Below are positions 51,570 to 64,000 of a DNA stretch of 64,000 nt, piece by piece. This DNA is from Mobula hypostoma (lineage: Eukaryota). The stretch's first letter is position 1, and every line of letters begins with the position of its first letter. The DNA is taken from the NCBI RefSeq assembly GCF_963921235.1, contig NC_086097.1, positions 251,350,001 to 251,414,000 on the forward strand, given 5' to 3'. A program made the position numbers and the translations under genes. Under the pieces are notes generated by a model. It did not search any database and was not told the DNA's origin. It saw only the letters and a list, made by a program, of their open reading frames with translations.

Positions 51570-52015
51570 GAACAATTATCTCCGATTTCTCCAACTTCGG
51601 GACAATTTTCCCCCTTCCCCTTCCCTCTTCTTCAATTTCCCCACAATGACCTCTTACCTCTTACCTGCATATCACACCCCCCGTGCCCCTTTCTCCCACT
51701 ATCCACACTCCTTTCGTATCAGATTCCTTCTTCTCCAGCCCTTGACCTTTCCCACCTAACACATCCCAGCTTCCTGCTTCATTCCCCTCTCCCACCCACC
51801 TGGCTTCACCTGTCACTTTCTGGCTTGTCCTGCTTCCCCTCCCCTCATTTTCTTATTCTAGCTTCTTCGCACTTTCTTTCCAGTCCTGAAGAAGGGTCTC
51901 GGCCCAAAATGTCCACTGTTTATTCATTTCCATAGATGCTGCCTGGCCTGCTGAGTTCCTCCAACATTTTGTGTGTGTTACTCTGAATTTCCAGCGTCTG
52001 CAGAATCTCGTGTTC
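51570..52015 (+). mobile_element. Penelope-like 3' end immediately after the 51564 donor
   Basis: Same tail as 57380-57830; hammerhead-like motif at 51881-51918 with GAAA changed to AAAA. Confidence 0.8.
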
Positions 52016-53616
52016 ATTATCTCCACCTAACTAGGTCATTTGACCTTATTTAAAAAATGCCTTCAATAAATGCAATGGCGTTGGTGTAAATATATGTAAA
52101 TCATTGTGGATCAGAAGCTTTCTTCTTCATCTAGTCTGATTCGAAGGCCTAAAAGTTGCTGTAAGACGTGTTCAAGTGTCTCGTAAACTCAAGAGATTCT
52201 GGAGAAGCTGAAAGTAAACCAGCTGGTTGAGTGTTGTCGCATTAACAACCTTGTTCTCAACATCAGTAAGATGAAGGAATTGATTGTGGGCTTCGGGGAG
52301 GGAACATACACCAGTTCTGATAGTAGGATCAGAAATGGAAATGGTAAGCAGTTTCAAGTTCCTGGGTATAAATATCTCTGAGGATCTATCCGGGGTCCAA
52401 CGTATCGCTGCAACTACAAAGGAGAAATGGCAGTGGCTATATTTCATTAGGAGTTTGAGGAGAACTGGTATGTTACCAAAGACACTCACAGATTTCTACA
52501 AATATACCATGGAGAGTATTCCAACAGGTTTCATCACCGGAGGGGTCACTGCACAGGACTGGAAAAAGTTGCAGGAAGTTGTAAAGTCAGCCAGCTCCAT
52601 CATGGGCACTGGGCTCCTCAGCATCCAGGACACCTTCGAAAGGTGATGCCTCCAAAAGGTGGAATCCATCATTAAGGACCCCATCACTCAGGACATGCCC
52701 TCTTCTCATTGCTACCATCAAGGAGGAGGTACAGGAGCCTGAAGGCACACACTCAATGTATCAGGAACAGCTTCTTCCCCACCGCCATCAGATTTCTGAA
52801 TGGACAATGAACTCATGAACACTACCTATGCACTTTTCCCTCTCTTTTTACATTTGGTATTTAATTTATTTTTTTATTTATACTTTTTTATTATAGTTTA
52901 TAGTTTTTTTATTATTATGTATTGCAAAGCTGCTGCATTTTCACTACACATGCCAGGGATCCCACCACTAAGCAAAACCAACGGGATCCCACCACTAAGC
53001 AAAACTCCGTAACTTCCGCCTCCTCCAACGGGATCCCACCACTAAGCAAAAACTCCATAACTTCCGCCACCTCCAACGGGATCCCACCACTAAGCAAAAA
53101 CTCCGTAACTTCCGCCACCTCCAACAGGATCCCACCACTAAGCAAAAATGGATGTCCAGTCCCTATATACTTCCATCCCCCATCAGGAAGGTCTCAAAGC
53201 TCTACGCTTCTTTTTGGATTCCAGACCTAATCAGTTCCCCTCTACCACCACTCTGCTCCGTCTAGCGGAATTAGTCCTTACTCTTAATAATTTCTCCTTT
53301 GGCTCCTCCCACTTCCTCCAAACTAAGGTGTAGCTATGGGTACCCATATGGGTCCTAGCTATGCCTGCCTTTTTGTTGGCTTTGTGGAACAATCTATGTT
53401 CCGTGCCTATTCTGGTATCTGTCCCCCACTTTTCCTTCGCTACATCAACGACTGCATTGGCGCTGCTTCCTGTACGCATACTGAGCTCGTTGACTTTATT
53501 AACTTTGCCTCCAACTTTCACCCTGCCCTCAAGTTTACCTGGTCCATTTCTGACACCTCCCTCCCCTTTCTAGATCTTTCTGTCTCTGTCTCCGGAGACA
53601 GCTTATCCACTGATGT

Positions 53617-56520
53617 CTACTTTAAACTAGAATGGTTGGGGGGTGGGAATCAAATTAAAGAGGCTAGGCGTGAGGAGGTTAGTTCACAACAGAGGGATGG
53701 GAACCAGTGCAGAGAGACAGAGGGGTGTAAAGTGAAGGTAGAAGCAAAAAGTACAAAGGAGAAAAGTAAAAGTGGCGGGCTGACAAATCCAGGGCAAGCA
53801 TTAAAAAGGGCCACTTTTCAACATAATTGTATAAGGGCTAAGAGAGTTGTAAAAGAGCGCCTGAAGGCTTTATGTGTCAATGCAAGGAGCATTCGTAATA
53901 AGGTGGATGAATTGAAAGTGCAGATTGTTATTAATGATTATGATATAGTTGGGATCACAGAGACATGGCTCCAGGGTGACCAGGGATGGGAGCTCAATGT
54001 TCAGGGATATTCAATATTCAGGAGGGATAGACATGAAGGAAGGGGAGGTGGGGTGGCGTTGCTGGTTAAAGAAGAGATTAACGCAATAGAAAGGAAGGAC
54101 ATAAGCCGGTAAGATGTGGAATCGATATGGGTAGAGCTGCGTAACACCAAGGGGCAGAAGACGCTGGTGGGAGTTGTGTACAGGCCACCTAACAGTAGTA
54201 GTGAGGTCGGAGATGGTATTAAACAGGAAATTAGAAATGTGTGCAATAAAGGAACAGCAGTTATAATGGGTGACTTCAATCTACATGTAGACTGGGTGAA
54301 CCAAATTGGTAAAGGTGCTGAGGAAGAGGATTTCTTGGAATGTATGCGGGATGGTTTTTTGAACCAACATGTCGAGGAACCAACTAGAGAGCAGGCTATT
54401 CTGGACTGGGTTTTGAGCAATGAGGAAGGGTTAATCAGCGATCTTGTCGTGAGAGGCCCCTTGGGTAAGAGTGACCATAATATGGTGGAATTCTTCATTA
54501 AGATGGAGGGTGACATAGTTAATTCAGAAACAAAGGTTCTGAACTTAAAGAGGGGTAACTTTGAAGGTATGAGACGTGAATTAGCTAAGATAGACTGGCA
54601 AATGACACTTAAAGGATTGACGGTGGATATGCAATGGCAAGCATTTAAAGGTTGCATGGATGAACTACAACAATTGTTCATCCCAGTTTGGCAAAAGAAT
54701 AAATCAAGGAAGGTAGTGCACCCGTGGCTGACAAGAGAAATTAGGGATAGTATCAATTCCAAAGAAGAAGCATACAAATTAGCCAGAGAAAGTGGCTCAC
54801 CTGAGGACTGGGAAAAATTCAGAGTTCAGCAGAGGAGGACAAAGGGCTTAATTAGGAAGGGGAAAAAAGATTATGAGAGAAAACTGGCAGGGAACATAAA
54901 AACGGACTGTAAAAGCTTTTATAGATATGTAAAAAGGAAAAGACTGGTAAAGACAAATGTAGGTCCCCTGCAGACAGAAACAGGTGAATTGATTATGGGG
55001 AGCAAGGACATGGCAGACCAATTGAATAGTTACTTTGGTTCTGTCTTCACTAAGGAGGACATAAATAATCTTCCAGAAATAGTAAGGAACAGAGGGTCCA
55101 GTGAGATGGAGGAAATGAGCGAAATACATGTTAGTAGGGAAGTGGTGTTAGGTAAATTGAAGGGATTGAAGGCAGATAAATCCCCAGGGCCAGATGGTCT
55201 GCATCCTAGAGTGCTTAAAGAAGTAGCCCAAGAAATAGTGGATGCATTAGTGATAATTTTTCAAAACTCGTTAGATTCTGGACTAGTTCCTGAGGATTGG
55301 AGGGTGGCTAATGTAACCCCACTTTTCAAAAAAGGAGGGAGAGAGAAACCGGGGAATTATAGACCGGTTAGACTAACGTTGGTGGTGGGGAAACTGCTGG
55401 AGTCAGTTATCAAGGATGTGATAACAGCACATTTGGAAAGCGGTGAAATGATCGGACAAAGTCAGCATGGATTTGTGAAAGGAAAATCATGTCTGACGAA
55501 TCTCATAGAATTTTTTGAGGATGTAACAGTTGTTTACAATATATATTAATGACTTGGATGAGGGAATTAAATGCAGCATCTCCAAGTTTGCGGATGACAC
55601 GAAGCTGGGTGGCAGTGTTAGCAATGAGGAGGATGCTAAGAGGATGCAGGGTGACTTGGATAGGTTGGGTGAGTGAGTGGGCAAATTCATGGCAGATGCA
55701 ATTTAATGTGGATAAATGTGAAGTTATCCACTTTGGTGGCAAAAATAGGAAAACAGATTATTATCTGAATGGTGGCCGATTAGGAAAAGGGGAGGTGCAA
55801 CGAGACCTGGGTGTCATTATACACCAGTCATTGAAAGTGGGCATGCAGGTACAGCAGGCGGTGAAAAAGGCGAATGGTATGCTGGCATTTATAGCGAGAG
55901 GATTCGAGTACAGGAGCAGGGAGGTACTACTGCAGTTGTACAAGGCCTTGGTGAGACCACACCTGGAGTATTGTGTGCAGTTTTGGTCCCCTAATCTGAG
56001 GAAAGACATCTTTGCCATAGAGAGAGTACAAAGAAGGTTCACCAGATTGATTCCTGGGATGGCAGGACTTTCATATGAAGAAAGACTGGATGAATTGGGC
56101 TTGTACTCGTTGGAATTTAGAAGATTGAGGAGGGATCTGATTGAAACGTATAAGATCCTAAAGGGATTGGACAGGCTAGATACAGGAAGATTGTTCCTGA
56201 TGTTGGGGAAGTCCAGAACGAGGGGTCACAGTTTGAGGATAGAGGGGAAGCCTTTTAGGACCGAGATTAGGAAAAACTTCTTCACACAGAGAGTGGTGAA
56301 TCTGTGGAATTCTCTGCCACAGGAAACTGTTGAGGCCAGTTCATTGGCTATATTTAAGAGGGAGTTAGATATGGCCCTTGTGGCTACGGGGGTCAGGGGG
56401 TATGGAGGGAAGGCTGGGGCGGGGTTCTGAGTTGGATGATCAGCCATGATCATAATAAATGGCGGTGCAGGCTCGAAGGGCCGAATGGCCTACTCCTGCA
56501 CCTATTTTCTATGTTTCTAT
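53617..56520 (+). mobile_element. CR1 LINE with APE endonuclease and RT, internally deleted near 55527
   Basis: NARSIRNK, GITETWL, YRPP, GDFN and SDH motifs, then RT; EFFEDVT is joined directly to the LFTIYIND region. Confidence 0.95.
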
Positions 56521-57696
56521 AAGCCTACTGATTCTCACAGCTATCTGGACTATTCCTCTTCCCACCGTGTCTCTTGCAAAAACGCCATCCCCTTCTCGCA
56601 ATTCCTCCGTCTTCGCCGCATCTGCTCTCAGGATGAGGCTTTTCATTCTAGGACGAGGGAGATGTCTTCCTTTTTTAAAGAAAGGGGCTTCCCTTCCTCC
56701 ACTATCAACTCTGCTCTTAAACGCATCTCCCCCATTTCACGTACATCTGCTCTCACTCCATCCTCCCGCCACCCCACGAGGAATAGGGTTCCCCTGGTCA
56801 TCACCTACCACCCCACCAGCCTCCGGGTCCAACATATTATTCTCCGTAACTTCCGCCACCTCCAACGGGATCCCACCATTAAGCACATCTTTCCCTCCCC
56901 CCCCCCTGCATTCCGCAGGGATCGCTCCCTACACAACTCCCTTGTCCATTCGTCCCCCCCATCCCTCCCCACTGATCTCCCTCCTGGCACTTATCCGTGT
57001 AAGCGGAACAAGTGCTACACATGCCCTTACACTTCCTCCCTTACCACCATTCAGGGCCCCAAACAGTCCTTCCAGGTGAGGCAACACTTCACCTGTGAGT
57101 CGACTGGGGTGATATACTGCGTCCGGTGCTCCCGATGTGGCCTTTTATATATTGGCGAGACCCGACGCAGACTGGGAGACCGCTTTGCTGAACACCTACA
57201 CTCTGTCCGCCAGAGAAAGCAGGATCTCCCAGTGGCCACACATTTTAATTCCACATCCCATTCCCATTCTGACATGTCTATCCACGGCCTCCTCTACTGT
57301 AAAGATGAAGCCACACTCAGGTTGGAGGAACAACACTTTATATTCTGTCTGGGTACCCTCCAACCTGATGGCATGAACATCGACTTCTCTAACTTCCGCT
57401 TATGCCCCTCCTCCCCCTCGTACCCCATCTGTTACTTATTTTTATACACACATTCTTACTCTCACTCTCCTTTTTCTCCCTTTGTCCCTCTGAATATACC
57501 CCTCGCTCATCCTCTGGGTCCCCCCACACCTTGTCTTTCTTCCCGGACCTCCTGTCCCATGATCCTCTCATACCCCCTTTGCCATTCACCTGTCCAGCTC
57601 TTGGCTCCATCCCTCCCCCTCCTGTCTTCTCCCATCATTTTGGATCTCCCCCTCCCCCTCCAACTTTCAAATCCCTTACTCACTCTTCCTTCAGTT

Positions 57697-57733
57697 AGTC
57701 CTGACGAAGGGTCTCGACCTGAAATGTCGACTG
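57697..57733 (+). ncRNA. Hammerhead ribozyme motif at the Penelope 3' end
   Basis: agtc-CTGACGA-AGGgtctcgaCCT-GAAAt-GTC-gact; helix I agtc/gact is intact. Confidence 0.6.
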
Positions 57734-57982
57734 TACCTCTTCCTAGAGATGCTGCCTGGCCTGCTGCGTTCACCAGCAACTTTTGTGTGTGTTGCTTGAA
57801 TTTCCAGCATCTGCAGAATTCCTGTTGTTTCCAGTGATATTAAGCTTGATTGTGATTCTGATCCGGGTCCTGACGAAGGCCCTTGAGCCAAAATGTCGAC
57901 TGTTTATCAACGTCCTGCTGTGCTCCTCCAACATTTTGTGTGTTGCCCATTGCTGAGTTACTGTTTCTACTTCCTGTTTCAG

Positions 57983-58150
57983 CGTCCTCTCGAGTCAGCG
58001 CTAATCCCACCCAGTCTGCCTGGACAGAGCAATGGTGGCACTTCTGTGTTGTTCCAAGCTAGCTGTGGTAGAGAAGAACCACCAACCCGTTGGCCACCCC
58101 TGTGTGGATCCGCACGCCTTGTCAAATACGATGTTTGCTCCTCAGAATGA
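57983..58150 (+). other. esrp1: Probable start of the esrp1 terminal exon, with a degenerate RRM-like half domain; 3' end not determined
   Basis: Strong acceptor tttctacttcctgtttcag| leading into non-repeat DNA; GQSNGGTSVLF and, in a shifted frame, KLAVVEKNHQPVG resemble the second halves of RRM1-3. Confidence 0.5.
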
Positions 58151-58459
58151 AATCTGGGCAAGTTGTATGTTGATGCAAACAGTAATATCTGTAAAACATA
58201 GTTTAAAAATTCTTAAATCTAACATGATGCAAAATGTCCAGAAATCATGCAACAATTTGTATCGCTTCTCAAATATTGTACCATTCTTATCATCATTATT
58301 TTTTAGCTTCTCCTGTAGTTACATATGCTATTCCAATAATCTAATTAGTTTTCTTGTGCACACTTTAAGCTTTGAAGAGTTTGTGGATGTAAATGGCAGC
58401 AATCAGACATACAGTAGAGTCGTAGGACATTACTGCACAGAAACAGGCCGTCTGAAATG

Positions 58460-60505
58460 TCCTCCTCCTTTGAAGAACGGGATTTCCCTTCCTTCACCAT
58501 TGATGCTGCCCTCAGGCGCATCTCCTCCATTTCCCAAACATCTGCACTAACCCATCTTTCTGCCACCTCAACTGCAATAAGAGTTCCTCTTGTTCTTGTC
58601 TACCATTCTGTCTGCATCCAACTCATCATTGTCTGCAGCTTTGCCGTCTCCAAAGGGATCCCACCACCAAAAATGTCTTTAATTCGCACCTCCCCACTGC
58701 ATTCTGCAGGGATCACTCCCTTCGCAAGTCCCTTGTCCATTCATCCCTCTCCACTAATCACCCTCCTGGCAGTTAGACCATAAGACCATAAGACATAGGA
58801 GCAGAATTAGACCATTTGGCCCATCGAGTCTGCTCAACCATTCAATCGTGACTGATCCCTTTTCCCCCTCCTCAACCCCATTCTCACGGTAACCTTCGAT
58901 GCCATGTCCAATCAAGAACCTATCAATATCTGCCTTAAATACACTCAATGACCTGGCCTCCACAGCTGCCTGTGGTAATAAATTCCACAAATCCAGCACC
59001 CTCTGGCAAAAAAAAATTCTCTGCATCTGTTTTAAATGGATGCCCTCTATCCTGAGGCTATGCCCTCTTTTCCTAGACTCTCCCACCATGGGAAACATCC
59101 TTTCCACATCTACTCTGTCTAGGCCTTTCAACGTTCGAAAGGTTTCATTGAGATTCCCCCCCCCCCATCCTTCTGAATTCCAGTGAGTACAGACCCAGAG
59201 CCATCAAACATTCCTTGTATGATAACCCTTTCATTCCCAAAACCATACTTGTGAATCTCCTTGGGACCCTCTCCAATGTCAGCACATCTTTTCTAAGATG
59301 GGGAGCCCTAAACTGTTCACAATACTCAAGGTGAGGCCTCACCAGTGCCTTATAAAGCCTCAGCATCACATCCCTGCTCTTGTATTCTAGACCTCTTGAA
59401 ATGAATGCTAACATGGCATTTGCCTTCCTCACCACCAACTCAACCTGCAAGTTAACCTTTAGGGCGTTCTGCACAAGGACTCCCAAGTCCCTTTGCAGAT
59501 CAGGTTCCTGGATTTTCTCCCCGTTTAGAAAATAGTCCGTACATTTATTTCTACTACTAAAGTGCATGACCATGTTTTTTCCAACATTGTATTTCATTTA
59601 CCACTCTTTTTCCCATTCTTCTAATCTGTCTAAGTCCTTCTGCATCCTACCTGTTTCTTCATCACTACCTGCCCCTCCACCAATCTTCGTATCATCTGAA
59701 AACTTGGCAACAATACCATCTATTCCTTCTAAATCACCAATATACAGCATATAAAGAAGCGATCCCAACACTGACCCCTGTGGAACACTACTAGGCGCTG
59801 GCAACCAACTAGAAAATGATCCTTTTATTCCCACTCGTTGCCTCCCCGCAGGCAGCCAAAGTGCACCATCTGCCCCTACACCTCCTCCCTCACCTCCATT
59901 CAGGGCCCCAAACAGTCCTTCCAGTTGAGGCAACACTTCCCCTGCAAACCTGCTGGGCTCATATATTGTATCAGGTGCTCCCAGTGCAGCCTCCTCTACA
60001 TTGATGAGACCTGTCGTAAATTCGGGGACTGATTTGTCCATCACCTCCGCTCGATCTGCCAAAAGCAGAACTTCCTAGTGCCCAGACATTTTAATTCTGA
60101 TTCCCATTCCTGTTCTGACATGTCGGTCCATGGCCTCCTCTTGTGCCAAGATGAGGGTGAAGATGCAATACCTTATATTCCGTCTGGGTAGCCTCCAACC
60201 TGATGGTATGAATATTGATTTCTCCTTCTGGTAAAAACATTTTCCATCCCCTCTCTTTTTCTTCTATTCGCCACTCTGGCCTTTTACCTCTTCTCATCTG
60301 CCTATCGCCTCTCCCTCAGTCCCCTCCCCCTTCCCTTTCTCCTACGGCCATCTCTCCTCTCCTATCAGATTCCCTCTTCTCCAGCCCGTTACCTTTCCAA
60401 CCTCCTGGCTTCACCTATCCTCCTCCCCCTCCTCCATCTTTTTATTCTGGCGACTTCCCCCTCCTTTCCAGTCCTGATGAAGGATCTCGGCCCAAAATGT
60501 CGATA
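58460..60505 (+). mobile_element. Degraded Penelope element split by a minus-strand CR1 (about 58775-59837)
   Basis: MSSSFEERDFP.. then KCTICPYT..IYCIRCSQC; the CR1 insert shows PQGSVLG and FSDD. Confidence 0.8.
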
Positions 60506-63500
60506 ATTATTGGGAACTAATTCACAGTTTTATAGTACTGTAGTAGTATTGATGTTCTAATTTGCTCTGTATTTCACTTAAATACATAATCTGTTACATA
60601 GCTAACTGGTAGTCTGTCTTGTGTATACCTCTTTAAATATTTCCATGCAAATTCAGCTAATTGGGGCAGCTGCTCAATTGGGTCAAAATGTACTGGTCCT
60701 GCTGCATCCCATTTAACCACAATCCACTGTATACACACTGTTTACTCTAGTTAGCCTGCATCTGGAGTATTGAATAACGTTCTGGTCACAGTTATAGGAA
60801 GGGTGTTGAGGCTTTGGAGAGGGTGCAGAAGAGGTTTACCAGGATGCTGCCTGGGTCAGAGGGCATGTGTGCTATCAGGAGGGGCTGGACAAACTTGGGT
60901 TGTTTTCTCTGGAGCGCCAGAGGCTGTGAGGAGATCTGATTGGGGTTTATAAAATTATGAGAGGCACAGAAAGAGTGGACAGACAGTATCTTTTTCCCCA
61001 GCACTGAAGTGTCTAATACCACATGACATGTAAAGGTGGGAGGGGTTCTGCATGAGCTAGATGGGCTGAAGAGCCTGTTTCTGTGCTATTCTATGACTCT
61101 ATAAGATGCGAGGGGCAAGTTTTTTTTTTACACAGAGAGTGGTGGGTGCCTGCAATGCCCTGCCTGGGGTGGTGGTAGAGGCAGATACATTAGGAACTTT
61201 TAAGAGACGTTTAGATAGGCACATGACTGTGAGGAAAATGGAGGGATATGGACATTGTGTTGGCAGAAGTGGTTAGTTTAGTTATCCATTAGATTGCTAA
61301 TTTAACTGGTTCATCACAACATTGTGGGCTGCAGGTCTGTTCCTAAACACAAAATACTCTGCAGATGCTGGGGTCAAAGCAACACTCGCAACACGCTGGA
61401 GGAACTCAGCAGGTCGGGCAGCATCAGTGGAAATGATGCTAGCGTATGGTATGCTAGCGTTTCCAATGAAATACTGTTCCTAGTTACCACCAAGGTTCAA
61501 GATGGTTTAATGTCATTTCCAGTATAGAAGAGATGCAGAGTTACAAAATAATTGTTACCCCAGATCTGGTGCAGCACAAAAAACACAATAAGATAAAGAA
61601 CACAATAATATTAATCAAAGCACAATAAATATAAATACATAAGATAGCTTATGTACACAGATTGATTGTATGTCCATAAGGTGACGCTGGGTACAGGAGT
61701 GTCTGTACTTAAGGTGACTGACAGGAAATGATAAAGTAGTGGTGGTTGGGGGTGTGGTGGGTGGGTTAGTGGGTGGAGGTGTTGATCAGCCTCACTGCTT
61801 GGGGAAAGTAACTGTTTTTGAGTCTGGTGGTCCCAGCGTGGATGCCTGATGGGAGTGGGACAATCAGTCCATGAGCAGGGTGGGTGGGATCCTTCATGAT
61901 GTTACTGCCCCTTCTCCAGCACCTGCTATGTGAATCAAAGCAGAATTTCATTTTTTGAACTTTTAAAAAAAACACGCATAAGGCACAAAGTCAAAAGTGT
62001 TAAAACTCTAATAGCGTAATTGATCTACAACTCAAATTAATCAAATATCCATGTTTAGTTCATAGATTTCCAAATGTTTCTTTAATCCTCAATTCTTTTA
62101 AAAAATATTGTTGGGCAAACATTTCCAGTGTGCTTGTATCAGATAAAAAATCTTAAAAATTAACATCTGTAAGCTATAATGTGTAGAATAATCATTTTCT
62201 GCAATGAAGCTTAGCTCGGGAGTGCAATACCTGAGTGCAGTTCAGAGTTCAAACATACTCAACTTTTATCCAAACGTTTAAGTCCTTTAGATGTTACACT
62301 ATTTTTAAATGACAAATACAATATTCCCAAATCTATATTTGTCAGAACATTTGTATATTAAGTTCTCCGCAAAATAAAATGCAGAAGATTATTTCAGTGA
62401 TTTTAGCATCAAAATTAGGTTTAGAAATGAAATAAATTTGACTAAGAGTCATAGAGCACTATAACACAGGAACTGGCCTCTCGGCTCAGTCAAACTATTA
62501 TTCCATTTTCATTGCATTAGGGGCATTTAAGAAATCATCAGGCAGGCAGATACTTGCTTTCTTGGGCCCTTATTGCCCAGTGGAGCATAGATCATCGTCC
62601 TCCTATCTCCATTGTCCTCTGAAGTCGGTGGTATGGTTGGCGTTTGTCAATGCTTCTGCAACCCAATGCATCTGTCTTACAGGGGATTGGCCTGTACAAC
62701 TTCGGTTGCCTGTTGGCTGGCCTTACCCATTTCCTCCACACGCGACGGGCACATAGGGTTGAACTTTGAGAGGCAGACAGGCACATGGATGATAGAAAAT
62801 GAAGGATTATGTAAGAGGGAAAGGTTAGGCTGATATTAGAGTGGGTTGAAAGGTCAACATAGCATCGCAGGCTGAAGAGCCCGTATGGTGCTGCAGTGTT
62901 CAATGTTCCACGTTCTATAGTAATCAGAATCTACAAACATCACTGGCATATGTCACTGCACATAATAATACAGAAACTTTAAAGGCATCCGTTAGTCTTG
63001 CGAGACCATGGATCTGCGCCTGGAAAGTCTTCACTCTCCAGGGCGTAGGCCTGGGCAAGGTTGCATGGAAGACCAGCATACATGCTGCAAGTCTCCCCTC
63101 TCCACGACACCAATGTTGTCCAAGTGAAGGGCAAGGGCCGATACAGCTTGGCACCAGTGTCGTCGCAGAGCACTGTGTGGTTAAGTGCCTTGCTCAAGGA
63201 CACAACACGCTGCCTTGGCTGGGGCTCGAACTCATGATCTTCAGGTCGCTAGTCCAATGCCTTAACCACTTGGCCATGTGCCCAGAAAAGAGAACCAAAA
63301 AAAAGATTGGTAGTGTACATGGGTTCATTGTCTATTCCGAAATGGTGGAGGGGAAGAAGCTGTTCCTGAAATGTTGAGTGTGTGTTTTCAAGCTCCTGTA
63401 CCTCCTCCCTGATGGTAGAAACAAGGCATGTCCTGGGTGACGGGGTCCTTCATGATGGACGCCTCCTTTCTGAGGCATTGCTCCTTGAAGGTGTCCTCGA

Positions 63501-63629
63501 TGCTGGGGAGGCTGGTGCCCGTGATGGAGCTGACTGAGTTCACAACTTTCTGCAGCTTTTTCCAATCCTGTGCAGTGACCCCTCCGTACCAGGCAGGGTT
63601 TGAAAAATACTCCTCCTCAAACAGCTCTA

Positions 63630-64000
63630 CCACATTGGCCTCCGCAAATCAAAGTGTTGAGTTCAGCAGATGGGATGTCATGTTGAAGATGTGTAAGATG
63701 TTGGTGAGCCATATTTGGAGTACTGTGTCCAGCTATGGTCTCCTACCTACAGGAAACTTATTAATAAGATTTAAAGAATACAGAGAAAATTTACAAGGAT
63801 GTTGTTGGGACTCGAGGACCTGAGTTATAGGGAAAGGGTGAATAGGTTAGAATTTTATTTCCTCGAGCATAGGAGATTGAGGGAGATATGATGGAGGTAT
63901 ACTAAATTATGGGTAGAGATAGGGTAAATGCAAGCAGGTTTTTACCACTGAGTTTGGGTGAGACGAGAACTAGAGGTCATGGGTTAAGGGTGAAGGGTGA
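63630..64000 (+). mobile_element. CR1 3' fragment running off the window
   Basis: Degenerate LEYCVQ.W and RLRGD.IEVYK homology. Confidence 0.7.

Larger units (their letters stand above)
52957..57830 (+). mobile_element. Penelope-like retroelement (RT plus GIY-YIG), 5'-truncated at RT motif A, split by CR1, CCAG TSD
   Basis: MDVQSLYT, AMGTHMGPSYA, RYIND, KPTDSH and VIYCVRCSRCGLLYIGET...RFAEH; ccag at 52953-52956 and 57831-57834. Confidence 0.93.
52200..57860 (+). mobile_element. Rex1/Babar-like LINE 3' part (52200-52956 plus 57831-57860), outer host of a triple nest
   Basis: FKFLGINISEDLS...YFIRSLRR; tail catgccag|tgatattaa...gattctg rejoins across the insert. Confidence 0.8.

Noticed and set aside
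53336..54112. Penelope RT-CR1 endonuclease fusion ORF
   Set aside because: A chance in-frame junction from the nested insertion, bounded by a frameshift upstream and a stop at 54110.
56446..57837. 463-aa ORF as a host gene
   Set aside because: It is the Penelope RT C-terminus and GIY-YIG, opened by a CR1 tail; no evidence of domestication.

Overview
Eukaryotic, repeat-rich vertebrate DNA. The mix of CR1, Rex1/Babar, Penelope and V-SINE/HE1-like repeats suggests a cartilaginous fish, probably a ray (inference). The window holds the 3' part of one + strand gene, epithelial splicing regulatory protein 1 (esrp1). Six well-supported coding exons cover the end of RRM1, RRM2, RRM3 and the proline-rich region, and two divergent 3' exons follow. 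Almost everything else is intronic transposon debris, often nested. Main observations: (1) I could not find the conserved PPGSP...RMQGL...QGYQ exon, and the two downstream exons look frameshifted, suggesting a remodelled ESRP1 C-terminus; (2) a third, frameshifting GTAAGT donor sits beside the known CKLP/NLS donor pair; (3) a Penelope insertion starts with five oligo-A-tailed copies of an internal fragment, resembling telomerase-like iterative copying; (4) hammerhead ribozyme motifs recur in Penelope ends and foldback derivatives; (5) an inverted pair of young CR1 copies brackets an in-frame 345-nt exon pair. All calls were made by eye, and repeat boundaries are approximate unless a target-site duplication (TSD) is quoted.
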